Below are positions 1 through 8,175 of a stretch of DNA of 33,173 nt, in pieces. The notes beneath the pieces are model-generated. The model was not told where the DNA came from, ran no database searches, and was given only the letters and a program-made list of their open reading frames with translations. A program made the position numbers and the translations under genes. The DNA lies in IMG/VR virus record IMGVR_UViG_3300030372_001592, positions 1 through 33,173 of that record; one strand, written 5' to 3'. How positions within the stretch are numbered: the first letter of the stretch is position 1; every line of letters begins with the position of its first letter. This DNA comes from a virus (Duplodnaviria; Caudoviricetes).

Positions 1-44
1 GGTTGTGTCTGCGCCCAAAATTTTTCTAGGCATAGAAAATATAA

Positions 45-160
45 GTTTGTTACATCTGTGAATTTTTTACCTCCCCAATATTTTTCAGCCCAGTGAGAAT
101 GCGGAATTATACCATATGTAACAAGATACGCTAATGTAACAAACAAAGGTTTCTGTTACA
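45..160. repeat. Four TGTTACA/TGTAACA boxes upstream of terS (candidate cosB-like terminase-binding or regulator sites)
   Basis: GTTTGTTACAT 45-55, ATGTAACAA 116-124, ATGTAACAAAC 134-144 (exact reverse complement of 45-55), TGTTACA 154-160. Confidence 0.55.
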
Positions 161-172
161 CCAAACCACGAA

Positions 173-685
173 ATGCCACTAATCACGAGAAAGCAAGCAG
201 CAGAAGAGTTAGGGGTCACTTTGCAGTCGATTTACATGTCCGTAAAGAGGGGCAAATTGACGGCAATGGAGGATGCACATGGAAATATATTGATAAATAG
301 CGACACAATGCGTGATGAATTACGTAGGAAATCGGCGGGTCAAAGGATGAATCGTATAGACGCTACAAATAAAAAGGTTAAAAAAACAAGAAATAGCATT
401 ACGGACGAATCAATTCCTGAATATGAGGAGAGCAGGGCAAGAACAGAGCATTTAAAAGCAGAATTATTGGAGTTAGAACGTAAAGCAAAGGAAAAAGATT
501 TAGTTCCGATGTCTGAAGTGCAGACCACCTGGGAGAATATTGTTGCTACAGCACGAACCAAGTTATTAGGTGTACCGACAAAAGCAAAACAACGTATTCC
601 TGATCTCGACACCAATGCAATGAGTCATTTAGATGACATTATTCGTGAAGCGTTAGAAGAATTAGCGGAGCCACAAGCAGCATGA
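173..685 (+). CDS. terS: Terminase small subunit (Nu1-like)
   Basis: N-terminal HTH (LITRKQAAEELGVT), coiled coil ESRARTEHLKAELLELE..LVP and C-terminal IIREALEEL. ATGA overlap with terL. Confidence 0.85.
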   Translation: MPLITRKQAAEELGVTLQSIYMSVKRGKLTAMEDAHGNILINSDTMRDELRRKSAGQRMNRIDATNKKVKKTRNSITDESIPEYEESRARTEHLKAELLELERKAKEKDLVPMSEVQTTWENIVATARTKLLGVPTKAKQRIPDLDTNAMSHLDDIIREALEELAEPQAA

Positions 686-2550
686 GTGCAATTGTTGAAT
701 TAGAAAGAAGAGCGTTTTCAGCATTCAAGCCACCTAAGAAGTTAACTCTTAGTGAGTGGGCTGATGAATATGCATATTTGAGTGCGGAGTCAAGTGCTGA
801 AGGTGGGCGATGGCATACATTGCCCTACCAGAAAGGGATTATGGACGCAATTACTGATCCTAATATTGAACAAGTTACGGTAATGAAGTCAGCTAGGGTT
901 GGATATTCTAAGATCTTAAATCACATTATTGCGTATCATATACACCAAGACCCCTGCGGCATAATGGTGGTGCAGCCAACAATTGAGGACGCTTCTGGTT
1001 ACTCGAAAGAGGAGATAGCACCTATGATTAGGGATACTAAAGTCTTAACAAATTTGGTCAGTGATGCTAAAACAAGAGATAGTAATAATACAATTTTACA
1101 GAAACAATTTCCTGGTGGAGTTTTATCTTTAGTAGGTGCAAATAGTGCTAGAGGATTTAGGAGGGTAAGTAGAAGGATAGTTTTATTCGACGAAACAGAT
1201 GGCTATCCTGCATCGGCTGGTACTGAAGGAGATCAAATCAAGCTTGGTATAGCGAGGACACAATATTTTTGGAATAGAAAGATAGTTGCTGGTTCTACTC
1301 CTACGATTAAAGATTTTTCAAGAATAGAAAGATTATTTGAGCAATCTGACCAAAGGCGATACTACGTCCCATGTCCAGATTGCGGTCATATGCAGTATCT
1401 AAGATGGCCCAATATGCGTTGGGAAGGTGTAGATACAGAGAATGTTTCTTATGCGTGTGAAGAATGTGGTGTTTTAATTCCACATAATAAAAAAAGATGG
1501 ATGGTAGAACGTGGTGAATGGAGAGCAACTCAACCTGGGAATGGTCGTCATGTTGGTTTTCATATTTGGGCTGCTTATTCCTACTCACCAAATGCTGAAT
1601 GGTCGAATTTGGCTGAAGAATTTGAGTTAAGCAAACATGATCCAGAACAGTTAAAAACGTGGATTAATACGACATTAGGAGAAACATGGGAAGACGAGTA
1701 TGCAAGTAAGGTTGGTGCTGATGCCTTAATGGAGAGAGCAGCAGAAGCTAAATATGAAGTAACAGTTCCACCAGCAGAAGCATTAGTTCTATGTATGGGA
1801 TGTGATGTCCAGGATGATCGTCTATCGATGTCGGTTTTTGGCTTCGGTAGGAATGAGGAGATGTTCCTTGTTGATAGAAAGGTTATTTATGGATCTCCAG
1901 CAAGAGCAGATTTATGGAAGCAAATGGATGAAGTTTTAATGGGGAAATATGTGAGTCAAGATGGATTTGAACTGAAGATAGAGAGTGCAGCGATAGATAC
2001 TGGAGGCCACTACACGCAGGAAACTTACCAGTACGTTCGAGAAAGATCTCAGTTGGGTTTGATTGGTATTAAAGGTATAGGTCAAAAAGGTAAACCACCG
2101 TTAGGCAAACCAACAACGCAAGATATAACTTTTTCGGGAAAGGCATTGAGAAGAGGTGTGAAATTATTTCCAGTTGGAGTTGATGTTATAAAAACAACGC
2201 TTCATAACAAGTTGAAGAATGCAGAAAAGGGAGAAGGATATATTCATTTTTATCCAACGATTACGCATGATTATTTTGAAGAATTAACTGCTGAGAGACA
2301 AGTTTTAAGATACAAGCATGGGTATCAAGAACGAGTTTGGATGAAAAAAAGTAATGCAAGAAATGAAGCTCTAGATGAAATGGTGTACTCATGGGCAGCG
2401 TTTGAAAGGTTTAGGCAAAGATATGATCGACGAACAATGTGGGATCAATTAGAGAAAAGGCGTAATCCAGAGAAGCCTAAGCACGAGGTTCCGCTAAGAT
2501 CAAAGGGAATTAAATCTGCTAATCGGCAAAATTTTGTCGGTAATTGGTAA
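682..2550 (+). CDS. terL: Terminase large subunit, lambda GpA family
   Basis: LSEWAD, PYQ, Walker A MKSARVGYS, Walker B IVLFDE, STPT, CPDC/CEEC, GCDVQ, IDTGG and NEALD motifs. Confidence 0.95.
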   Translation: MSAIVELERRAFSAFKPPKKLTLSEWADEYAYLSAESSAEGGRWHTLPYQKGIMDAITDPNIEQVTVMKSARVGYSKILNHIIAYHIHQDPCGIMVVQPTIEDASGYSKEEIAPMIRDTKVLTNLVSDAKTRDSNNTILQKQFPGGVLSLVGANSARGFRRVSRRIVLFDETDGYPASAGTEGDQIKLGIARTQYFWNRKIVAGSTPTIKDFSRIERLFEQSDQRRYYVPCPDCGHMQYLRWPNMRWEGVDTENVSYACEECGVLIPHNKKRWMVERGEWRATQPGNGRHVGFHIWAAYSYSPNAEWSNLAEEFELSKHDPEQLKTWINTTLGETWEDEYASKVGADALMERAAEAKYEVTVPPAEALVLCMGCDVQDDRLSMSVFGFGRNEEMFLVDRKVIYGSPARADLWKQMDEVLMGKYVSQDGFELKIESAAIDTGGHYTQETYQYVRERSQLGLIGIKGIGQKGKPPLGKPTTQDITFSGKALRRGVKLFPVGVDVIKTTLHNKLKNAEKGEGYIHFYPTITHDYFEELTAERQVLRYKHGYQERVWMKKSNARNEALDEMVYSWAAFERFRQRYDRRTMWDQLEKRRNPEKPKHEVPLRSKGIKSANRQNFVGNW

Positions 2551-2555
2551 AAAAA

Positions 2556-3140
2556 GTGACTATTCCTTCTAAAATTCGTGCTGGTGACTTAGTTCAGTGG
2601 CGTGATAATGCTACGACTGACACTTTTGGCAATCCGATAAGCAGTCCTGATTGGACGGTTATTTATTATCTTCGGACTAATAAAAGCAGAATTGGTACTT
2701 CTGTCGTAGGTACAGCTTATGGAGACGGCTTTCAATTCAGTATTCCGTCAGCCACCACCGAAGCTTTTTATCCAGGAGACTGGTATTTTCAAGCAGTAGC
2801 GAGTAAGTCTGGGGCAGAGACACAAACAATAGCAAGTGGTCAGATAGAAGTTTTAGCTAGTTTGGCTTATACAGGTACTACTCCTGCTGCGTATGACGGC
2901 AGAACTCCTACACGTAAAGATTTAGATACTGTTCAAGCTGCGATTCGGACATTAATGGGGACAGGAGGTGCTGTTCAGGAATATAAAATTGGAACTAGGA
3001 GTGCTAAAAAATATGATCTTGCTGAACTACGGGCTTTAGAGAGTCAATTGTTAGCAAGAGTTCATAGGGAAGAGGCAGCCGAAAAGATCGCTAATGGTCT
3101 TGGTAATCCTCATTCTGTTCACGTTCGTTTCGGAGCTTAA
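2556..3140 (+). CDS. Head-tail adaptor (gpW-like C-terminus) fused to an N-terminal Ig/BppU-like beta-sandwich
   Basis: Lies between terL and portal. C-terminus AAIRTLMGTGGAVQEYKIGTRSAKKYDLAELRALESQL is gpW-like. Start probably GTG 2556 rather than TTG 2544. Confidence 0.7.
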   Translation: MTIPSKIRAGDLVQWRDNATTDTFGNPISSPDWTVIYYLRTNKSRIGTSVVGTAYGDGFQFSIPSATTEAFYPGDWYFQAVASKSGAETQTIASGQIEVLASLAYTGTTPAAYDGRTPTRKDLDTVQAAIRTLMGTGGAVQEYKIGTRSAKKYDLAELRALESQLLARVHREEAAEKIANGLGNPHSVHVRFGA

Positions 3141-3142
3141 CG

Positions 3143-4714
3143 ATGGGAATTGTCAATGCGTGGAAGGGTTTCTGGACTTCTGGAGATGGTTTCGGTCAAT
3201 CTGCTGTTTCAGATATTGTCAAACCTAAGAGGCCAGTTAGAGCTTATCAAGGAGCTTTAGTCTCAAGGCTTACTTCTGATTGGATGAGTAGTCAAAGTAG
3301 TGCTGACGCTGAAATCAAGGCAAGTCTTAGGAAGCTAAGGGATAGATCAAGAGAACTTGTTAGAAATAATCCTTATGCGAAACAGGCAAAGAGGACTACA
3401 CAGATTAATACAGTTGGAACTGGAATGAAGTTCCAGTCTGATGTTTTACAACTAAGAGGTAATAGAAAAGATCGTAAGGTTAATAAGAAAATTGAGGAAA
3501 GGTGGAAGGATTGGTGTAGGGCAGAAAATTGTGATGCTGCTGGTAAATATAATTTTCAGCAACTTGAATGGTTAGCTGCTGGCGCATTACCTGAATCGGG
3601 TGAGGCGATATTTAGGATTATCAGAAAACCTTTAGGTAGTTCTGTTGTGCCATTGGCATTACAGATGATTGAAAGTGATTTGTTGGATGAGGAATATGAC
3701 GGTAAGACGTTGAACAAAAATAATGAATGGAGAAATGGTGTGGAGGTTAATGAGTGGGGAAGAGCAGTTCGGTATGCGATTTTGACTAAGCATCCTGGGG
3801 ATGCAATTTATATTTCGTCAATTACAGATAGTAGGAAGCATATTTTCTTGCCTGCATCTGACATTATCCATTTATATCTTCCCGAAAGGCCAGGTCAGAA
3901 CAGGGGTGTGCCTTGGTTCCATAGTGTTATGGCAGATATGCACCAGTTACAGGGCTATGAAGAAGCTGCGGTTATAAGAGCTCGTGCGGGTGCGAGCATA
4001 ATGGGGTTTGTGACGAATAATGAGGGGGAGTTGATTGGAGATGAAGTTGAAGCTAATCAACGAGTACAAAATTTCGAGCCAGGAACTTTTCGGTACTTAG
4101 CTCCGAACGAAAATATAACGGTTCCAGATATTGATTATCCAAGTCAGCAGTATGAGATGTTCGTTAAAAATAAGGTTCGTCGATTTGCAAGTGGCTTTGG
4201 ATGTTCCTTTGAAACAGTTAGTAGAGATTTCAGTGAGACAAACTATTCAAGTTCAAGATTGAGTTTGTTGGAAGATAGAGAGCATTGGAGAGTTGTTCAA
4301 AAGTATTTAATTGATAATTTCCACTATCGGATTTTTAAAGAGTGGCTTGCTTTAGCTTCTTTATCTGGTGATCTCGATTTTATTGATTACTCAGCAAGGC
4401 CAGAAAGATATTGTCAACCAAGATGGACTCCCCCAGCACAACATTTTGTAGATCCTTTAAAAGAAGTGAAGGCTTATAGGGAAGCAGAGCAGGCTGGTTA
4501 CATGACTAAATCTCAAGTTATTGCTGCTTCTAATGGTGGTGATTATGACGATATAGTTGCTGAGTTAGCGAGAGAGAAGGAGGTAGCAGAGGAAGCAGGA
4601 ATTGTATTAGATAAAGATAAGATTGAAATCCCTATACCTGAAGAACAATTAGAACTGCCGATTGCAAAGAAATCTGCACCTACGACTAGAAGAAAAAAAA
4701 GAACTAAGGCATGA
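3143..4714 (+). CDS. Portal protein, lambda family
   Basis: LRDRSRELVRNNPYA, RPGQNRGVPW, SRDFSETNYSSSRLSLLE and VDPLKE motifs. Confidence 0.95.
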   Translation: MGIVNAWKGFWTSGDGFGQSAVSDIVKPKRPVRAYQGALVSRLTSDWMSSQSSADAEIKASLRKLRDRSRELVRNNPYAKQAKRTTQINTVGTGMKFQSDVLQLRGNRKDRKVNKKIEERWKDWCRAENCDAAGKYNFQQLEWLAAGALPESGEAIFRIIRKPLGSSVVPLALQMIESDLLDEEYDGKTLNKNNEWRNGVEVNEWGRAVRYAILTKHPGDAIYISSITDSRKHIFLPASDIIHLYLPERPGQNRGVPWFHSVMADMHQLQGYEEAAVIRARAGASIMGFVTNNEGELIGDEVEANQRVQNFEPGTFRYLAPNENITVPDIDYPSQQYEMFVKNKVRRFASGFGCSFETVSRDFSETNYSSSRLSLLEDREHWRVVQKYLIDNFHYRIFKEWLALASLSGDLDFIDYSARPERYCQPRWTPPAQHFVDPLKEVKAYREAEQAGYMTKSQVIAASNGGDYDDIVAELAREKEVAEEAGIVLDKDKIEIPIPEEQLELPIAKKSAPTTRRKKRTKA

Positions 4715-4761
4715 TATTGGGTAGATAAACTATCATTGGAGGAGGTTCCTCGATTTTATTT

Positions 4762-6747
4762 ATGGAAAACGAAAAGGTTTCTCCTGAGATGGAGAAAGAT
4801 AAAGAGGTCGAGGAAGAATCTTCGACAAGAATAGATCTTTCAGAAAAGTATCAAAGAACAGAAGTAACAGAGTTTAGAAGTGTCGGTAAAGGTCGTACTT
4901 TTGAATTTCCTTTTAGTTCTGAATACCCAGTAGAAAGGTATTTTGGTAAAGAAGTGTTAAAGCATGATGACAGATCAGTTGATTTTAGTCGTCTAAATTC
5001 TGGTGCTGCACCCCTTCTTTGGAATCATGATCCAGATCGCCATATAGGAATAGTCGAACGTGCATACATCGACAAAGACACTAAACGTGCTTATGCAAAA
5101 GTTCGCTTTTCACGCAATAAATTCGCTTCTGAAGTCTTAGATGACGTTAAAGATGGAATTTTGCGTGGTATTTCCTTTGGTTATCAGATAAAAAATATGG
5201 AGGAAGAGGACGGAACATTCATCGCAGATGACTGGGCTGTCCACGAGGTCAGTATTACCCCCATCCCAGCAGACCCTACTGTCGGGATCGGAAGGTCGTT
5301 AATCTCGTCTAACGAAGATTTGTCTGACCCCTCACAACCTAATACTATTAATATTGATAACAAATCTCCTGAAGAGGAGATACGTTCTGCGGCAACAACC
5401 GCATCACCCTCGGTTCCATCTATGGAAGAAAAATCACAAGAAACTGTGGTGGATACGGCAACTGCCGTAGAAGCTCCAGAGCCTGTCATCGAAAAAGCAG
5501 AGAGATCTGCTGAAGTAGATGTGGCTGCTGAAGTAAAACGTGCGCTTGAAGAAGAGCAAGTTCGTACTTCATCTATTTACGCTGTTTGCCGTCAACACGG
5601 CGCAGACGACCTCACCCAAGGTTTCATTAAAGACGGTAAGTCTGTTAGTGAAGTCAACGGTGAAATTCTCGATCTTATAAAGAAAAGATCTGAGGCAAGC
5701 AACACTCCTATACGGTCAACTGACATGTCATCAAACGAAGTAGGTCTTGAGGCCAAAGAGGTCAAGAGATTCTCATTCATTAGAGCGTTACACGCATTAG
5801 CTAATCCTGCTGATAGACAAGCTCAAGAAGCTGCTTCCTTTGAGCGTGAAGTTTCAGAAGAAGCTTCTAAGCGTTATGGCAAGCCAGCAAACGGATTCCT
5901 TGTTCCTAATGAAGTCCTAAAAAGAGACTTAACAGTAGGTACAGCAACAGCAGGTGGAAACCTAGTTGCAACAGACCTTCTTGCAGGTTCATTTATTGAC
6001 ATCTTGAGAAATCGGATGGCAATAATGCAGGCAGGTACGACTGTCTTGTCAGGCCTTACTGGTAATATTTCGATCCCTAGGCAAACAGCAGCTTCAACTG
6101 CTTACTGGGTTGGAGAAGGTTCTGCTCCTACTGAGAGCCAACAGGCTTTCGATCAGGTCAACATGAGTCCTAAGACTCTTGGTGGCTTTACTGATTTCAG
6201 TAGAAAGACTCTTCTTCAAGCTTCAATCGACGTTGAACAGTTTGTAAGAAATGACTTAGCTAAAGTATTGGCTCTTGAACTAGATAGAGCTGGTATCTAT
6301 GGCACAGGTTCTTCTAACCAGCCAACAGGTTTGACTCAAACTACTGGTATTGGTACTCAGACAATCACTACTTTTGGAACTTTTGCTGAGTATATCGGCA
6401 TGGAAACAGACGTAGCTTCTGCAAACGCTGATGCTGGCGCACTTAAGTACATCGTTAATGCTGCTGCAAGAGGCGCATTGAAGTCTACTGAGAAGGCATC
6501 AAACACAGCACAGTTTGTTTGGGAAGGTAATGAAATCAATGGTTATCCAGCTATTGTTTCTAACCAGCTTGCTAACAACGACGTTCTCTTCGGAGACTTC
6601 TCTCAGCTTGTAATGGGTACATGGTCTGGTGTTGACTTGACTGTTGATCCTTACGCTGGTGCAACAAGTGGAAACGTCAGAGTAATCGCATTGCAGGATG
6701 TTGATTTCGCTGTCAAGCAGCCTGGTGCGTTCTGCTACGGAACATAA
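4762..6747 (+). CDS. HK97-type prohead protease - scaffold - major capsid protein fusion
   Basis: N-terminal protease motifs FSSE, PLLWNH, ISFGY, EVSITPIPAD. Acidic linker, then HK97-fold motifs GGNLV, AYWVGEG, FGDFS, LTVDPY. Confidence 0.93.
   Translation: MENEKVSPEMEKDKEVEEESSTRIDLSEKYQRTEVTEFRSVGKGRTFEFPFSSEYPVERYFGKEVLKHDDRSVDFSRLNSGAAPLLWNHDPDRHIGIVERAYIDKDTKRAYAKVRFSRNKFASEVLDDVKDGILRGISFGYQIKNMEEEDGTFIADDWAVHEVSITPIPADPTVGIGRSLISSNEDLSDPSQPNTINIDNKSPEEEIRSAATTASPSVPSMEEKSQETVVDTATAVEAPEPVIEKAERSAEVDVAAEVKRALEEEQVRTSSIYAVCRQHGADDLTQGFIKDGKSVSEVNGEILDLIKKRSEASNTPIRSTDMSSNEVGLEAKEVKRFSFIRALHALANPADRQAQEAASFEREVSEEASKRYGKPANGFLVPNEVLKRDLTVGTATAGGNLVATDLLAGSFIDILRNRMAIMQAGTTVLSGLTGNISIPRQTAASTAYWVGEGSAPTESQQAFDQVNMSPKTLGGFTDFSRKTLLQASIDVEQFVRNDLAKVLALELDRAGIYGTGSSNQPTGLTQTTGIGTQTITTFGTFAEYIGMETDVASANADAGALKYIVNAAARGALKSTEKASNTAQFVWEGNEINGYPAIVSNQLANNDVLFGDFSQLVMGTWSGVDLTVDPYAGATSGNVRVIALQDVDFAVKQPGAFCYGT
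5324..5354 (+). promoter_or_regulatory. Putative internal late promoter or activator site within the protease-capsid gene
   Basis: CTGACC-N19-TAATAT with core TGACCCCTCACAACC. Matches 8071-8085 at 14 of 15 nt with identical spacing to a -10-like hexamer. Confidence 0.45.
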
Positions 6748-6751
6748 GAAC

Positions 6752-6943
6752 ATGAAGGTTAAAATCCTCCGTGATGTAATGGTAGCTGGAGTCCGTCAGG
6801 ACTCTGGCTCTACCGTTGAGCTTGACAAGAATGTTGCTCAATTATTGATTGGTCAGAATCAGGCCGAAGAATATGTTGAGCCTGTCAAGAAAGCTGCTCC
6901 AAAAGCAGCAGCACCAAAGCCAAAGACAACTCCTGCTACTTAG
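6752..6943 (+). CDS. Small head-associated protein (63 aa, K/A/P-rich tail)
   Basis: ATG 4 nt after the capsid stop. MKVKILRDV..G..VEL....A..LI....A pattern typical of small post-capsid genes. Confidence 0.6.
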   Translation: MKVKILRDVMVAGVRQDSGSTVELDKNVAQLLIGQNQAEEYVEPVKKAAPKAAAPKPKTTPAT

Positions 6944-6947
6944 TAAA

Positions 6948-7328
6948 ATGGGTTTAATTCAACAAAACCTAGAGTCAGTTAATCTTGTTGCAGGTCATCC
7001 AACAGCAGCTCGTACTGCTACTGGACAAACAAGTGGGATCGACGTAAGAGATTATGACGGTGATCTTGTTTTCATCTTGGACTCTGCCGCAGGTGGTGGT
7101 TCAAGTCCGACTCTTGATGTGACTATTGAAGACTCTGCTGATAACTCTTCTTTTAGTGCTTTAAGTGGTGCAGCCTTTACGCAAGTAACAGGAACTGCAT
7201 CTGCTCAAACACTTGAAGTTAGTGCAGATAACTGCAAGCGTTATGTACGGATCAAGTACACAATTGGAGGTTCTTCTCCTTCCTTTACTTTTTCAGTTAA
7301 TGGAATTGGCTTGAAGAAGTACGGCTAA
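6948..7328 (+). CDS. Probable capsid cement/decoration protein (Bbp16-like jelly roll)
   Basis: LDVTIEDSADNSSF...KRYVRIKYT motif and position after capsid, before a terminator. Start ATG 6948. Confidence 0.55.
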   Translation: MGLIQQNLESVNLVAGHPTAARTATGQTSGIDVRDYDGDLVFILDSAAGGGSSPTLDVTIEDSADNSSFSALSGAAFTQVTGTASAQTLEVSADNCKRYVRIKYTIGGSSPSFTFSVNGIGLKKYG

Positions 7329-7335
7329 CTTATAT

Positions 7336-7362
7336 AGCCCCTTAATTGGGGCTTTTTTTTTT
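7336..7362 (+). terminator. Intrinsic terminator after the head genes
   Basis: AGCCCC-TTAATT-GGGGCT hairpin followed by a T run ending at 7362. Confidence 0.85.
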
Positions 7363-7641
7363 ATGGCTTTTACTGAAGATTTAGAAGTATTTTTTACTGA
7401 CTTTAATGATGAAGTGAAGTCAGGGAATGTGATGTATAAAGGGATTCTTGAACAGCCTGACGAAATAGTGGCTGATGGTGTTGTGATGACTACTGATTAC
7501 CAATTAACAGGTAAAACGTCTGAATTGGGAGCATTAGAATACGATTCAATTTTGACTGTTAATGATGAAAGTTATTCAATTCGTAGTGTTAGGAAGATAG
7601 ATGATGGAAGTCTTTGTATTCTGTCGTTAACTAAGGATTAG
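7363..7641 (+). CDS. Head-tail joining (head closure, gpFII-like) protein
   Basis: 92 aa beta-rich, GILEQPD...LTVNDESYSIR.VRKIDDG..LSL pattern and synteny. Confidence 0.7.
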   Translation: MAFTEDLEVFFTDFNDEVKSGNVMYKGILEQPDEIVADGVVMTTDYQLTGKTSELGALEYDSILTVNDESYSIRSVRKIDDGSLCILSLTKD

Positions 7642-7650
7642 GAACAACAA

Positions 7651-8073
7651 ATGACAAGTAAAAGAGAACGAATATTGGCCGCCATAAAAACTAATTTGGC
7701 TGGTACAACTGGAGTCGGAACTCGCATATATAGGTCTAGGCCAGAACCTGCTACTAGATCAGAGTCACCATTGATTGTTGTCGAGTGGACTAATGATCAA
7801 CCTAGTATCAGAGGGACTACAGGTCATATTGATTGGACGTTAAGAATAAGAGTTGTTGTTATTTCGAGAGGTAAAATTCCAGACAAACTTGCTGATAAAA
7901 CGATTGAGAGTTTACATTCCAAGTTGTTAGCTGATCCTACGGTAGGTGGATTGGCGATAGATATACGTCCCTCTACTACTACATTCGAGTTAATAGAGGC
8001 AGATCAGCCAGCAGGATTAATAATGTGCGAATTTGAAGTTGATTACAGAACTACTTATGGAAGTCTTTCTTGA
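7651..8073 (+). CDS. Tail terminator protein (gpU-like)
   Basis: SKRERILAAIK..L, RIYRSR, P.IVV, L.ADPT.GGLA and F.V.Y pattern, directly upstream of the tail tube gene. Confidence 0.7.
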   Translation: MTSKRERILAAIKTNLAGTTGVGTRIYRSRPEPATRSESPLIVVEWTNDQPSIRGTTGHIDWTLRIRVVVISRGKIPDKLADKTIESLHSKLLADPTVGGLAIDIRPSTTTFELIEADQPAGLIMCEFEVDYRTTYGSLS

Positions 8074-8100
8074 CCCCTAACAACCCATATTGTTTATGAT
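8070..8100 (+). promoter_or_regulatory. Putative promoter or activator site upstream of the tail tube gene
   Basis: TTGACC-N19-TATGAT at the start of a 102-nt intergenic gap. Core TGACCCCTAACAACC is shared with 5325-5339. Confidence 0.5.
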
Positions 8101-8175
8101 GATAATTGAAATTCTTGGGAGAGGGCGGGAAATCATTCCTTGTTCCTGCTCCAATTCCAACAAAGGTAATTACGA

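Noticed and set aside
118-129. NtcA box upstream of terS
   Set aside because: The spacing is GTA-N6-TAC, not GTA-N8-TAC.
6698-6947. Long starts at 6698 and 6849
   Set aside because: They overlap upstream genes. ATGs at 6752 and 6948 sit 4 nt after the preceding stops.
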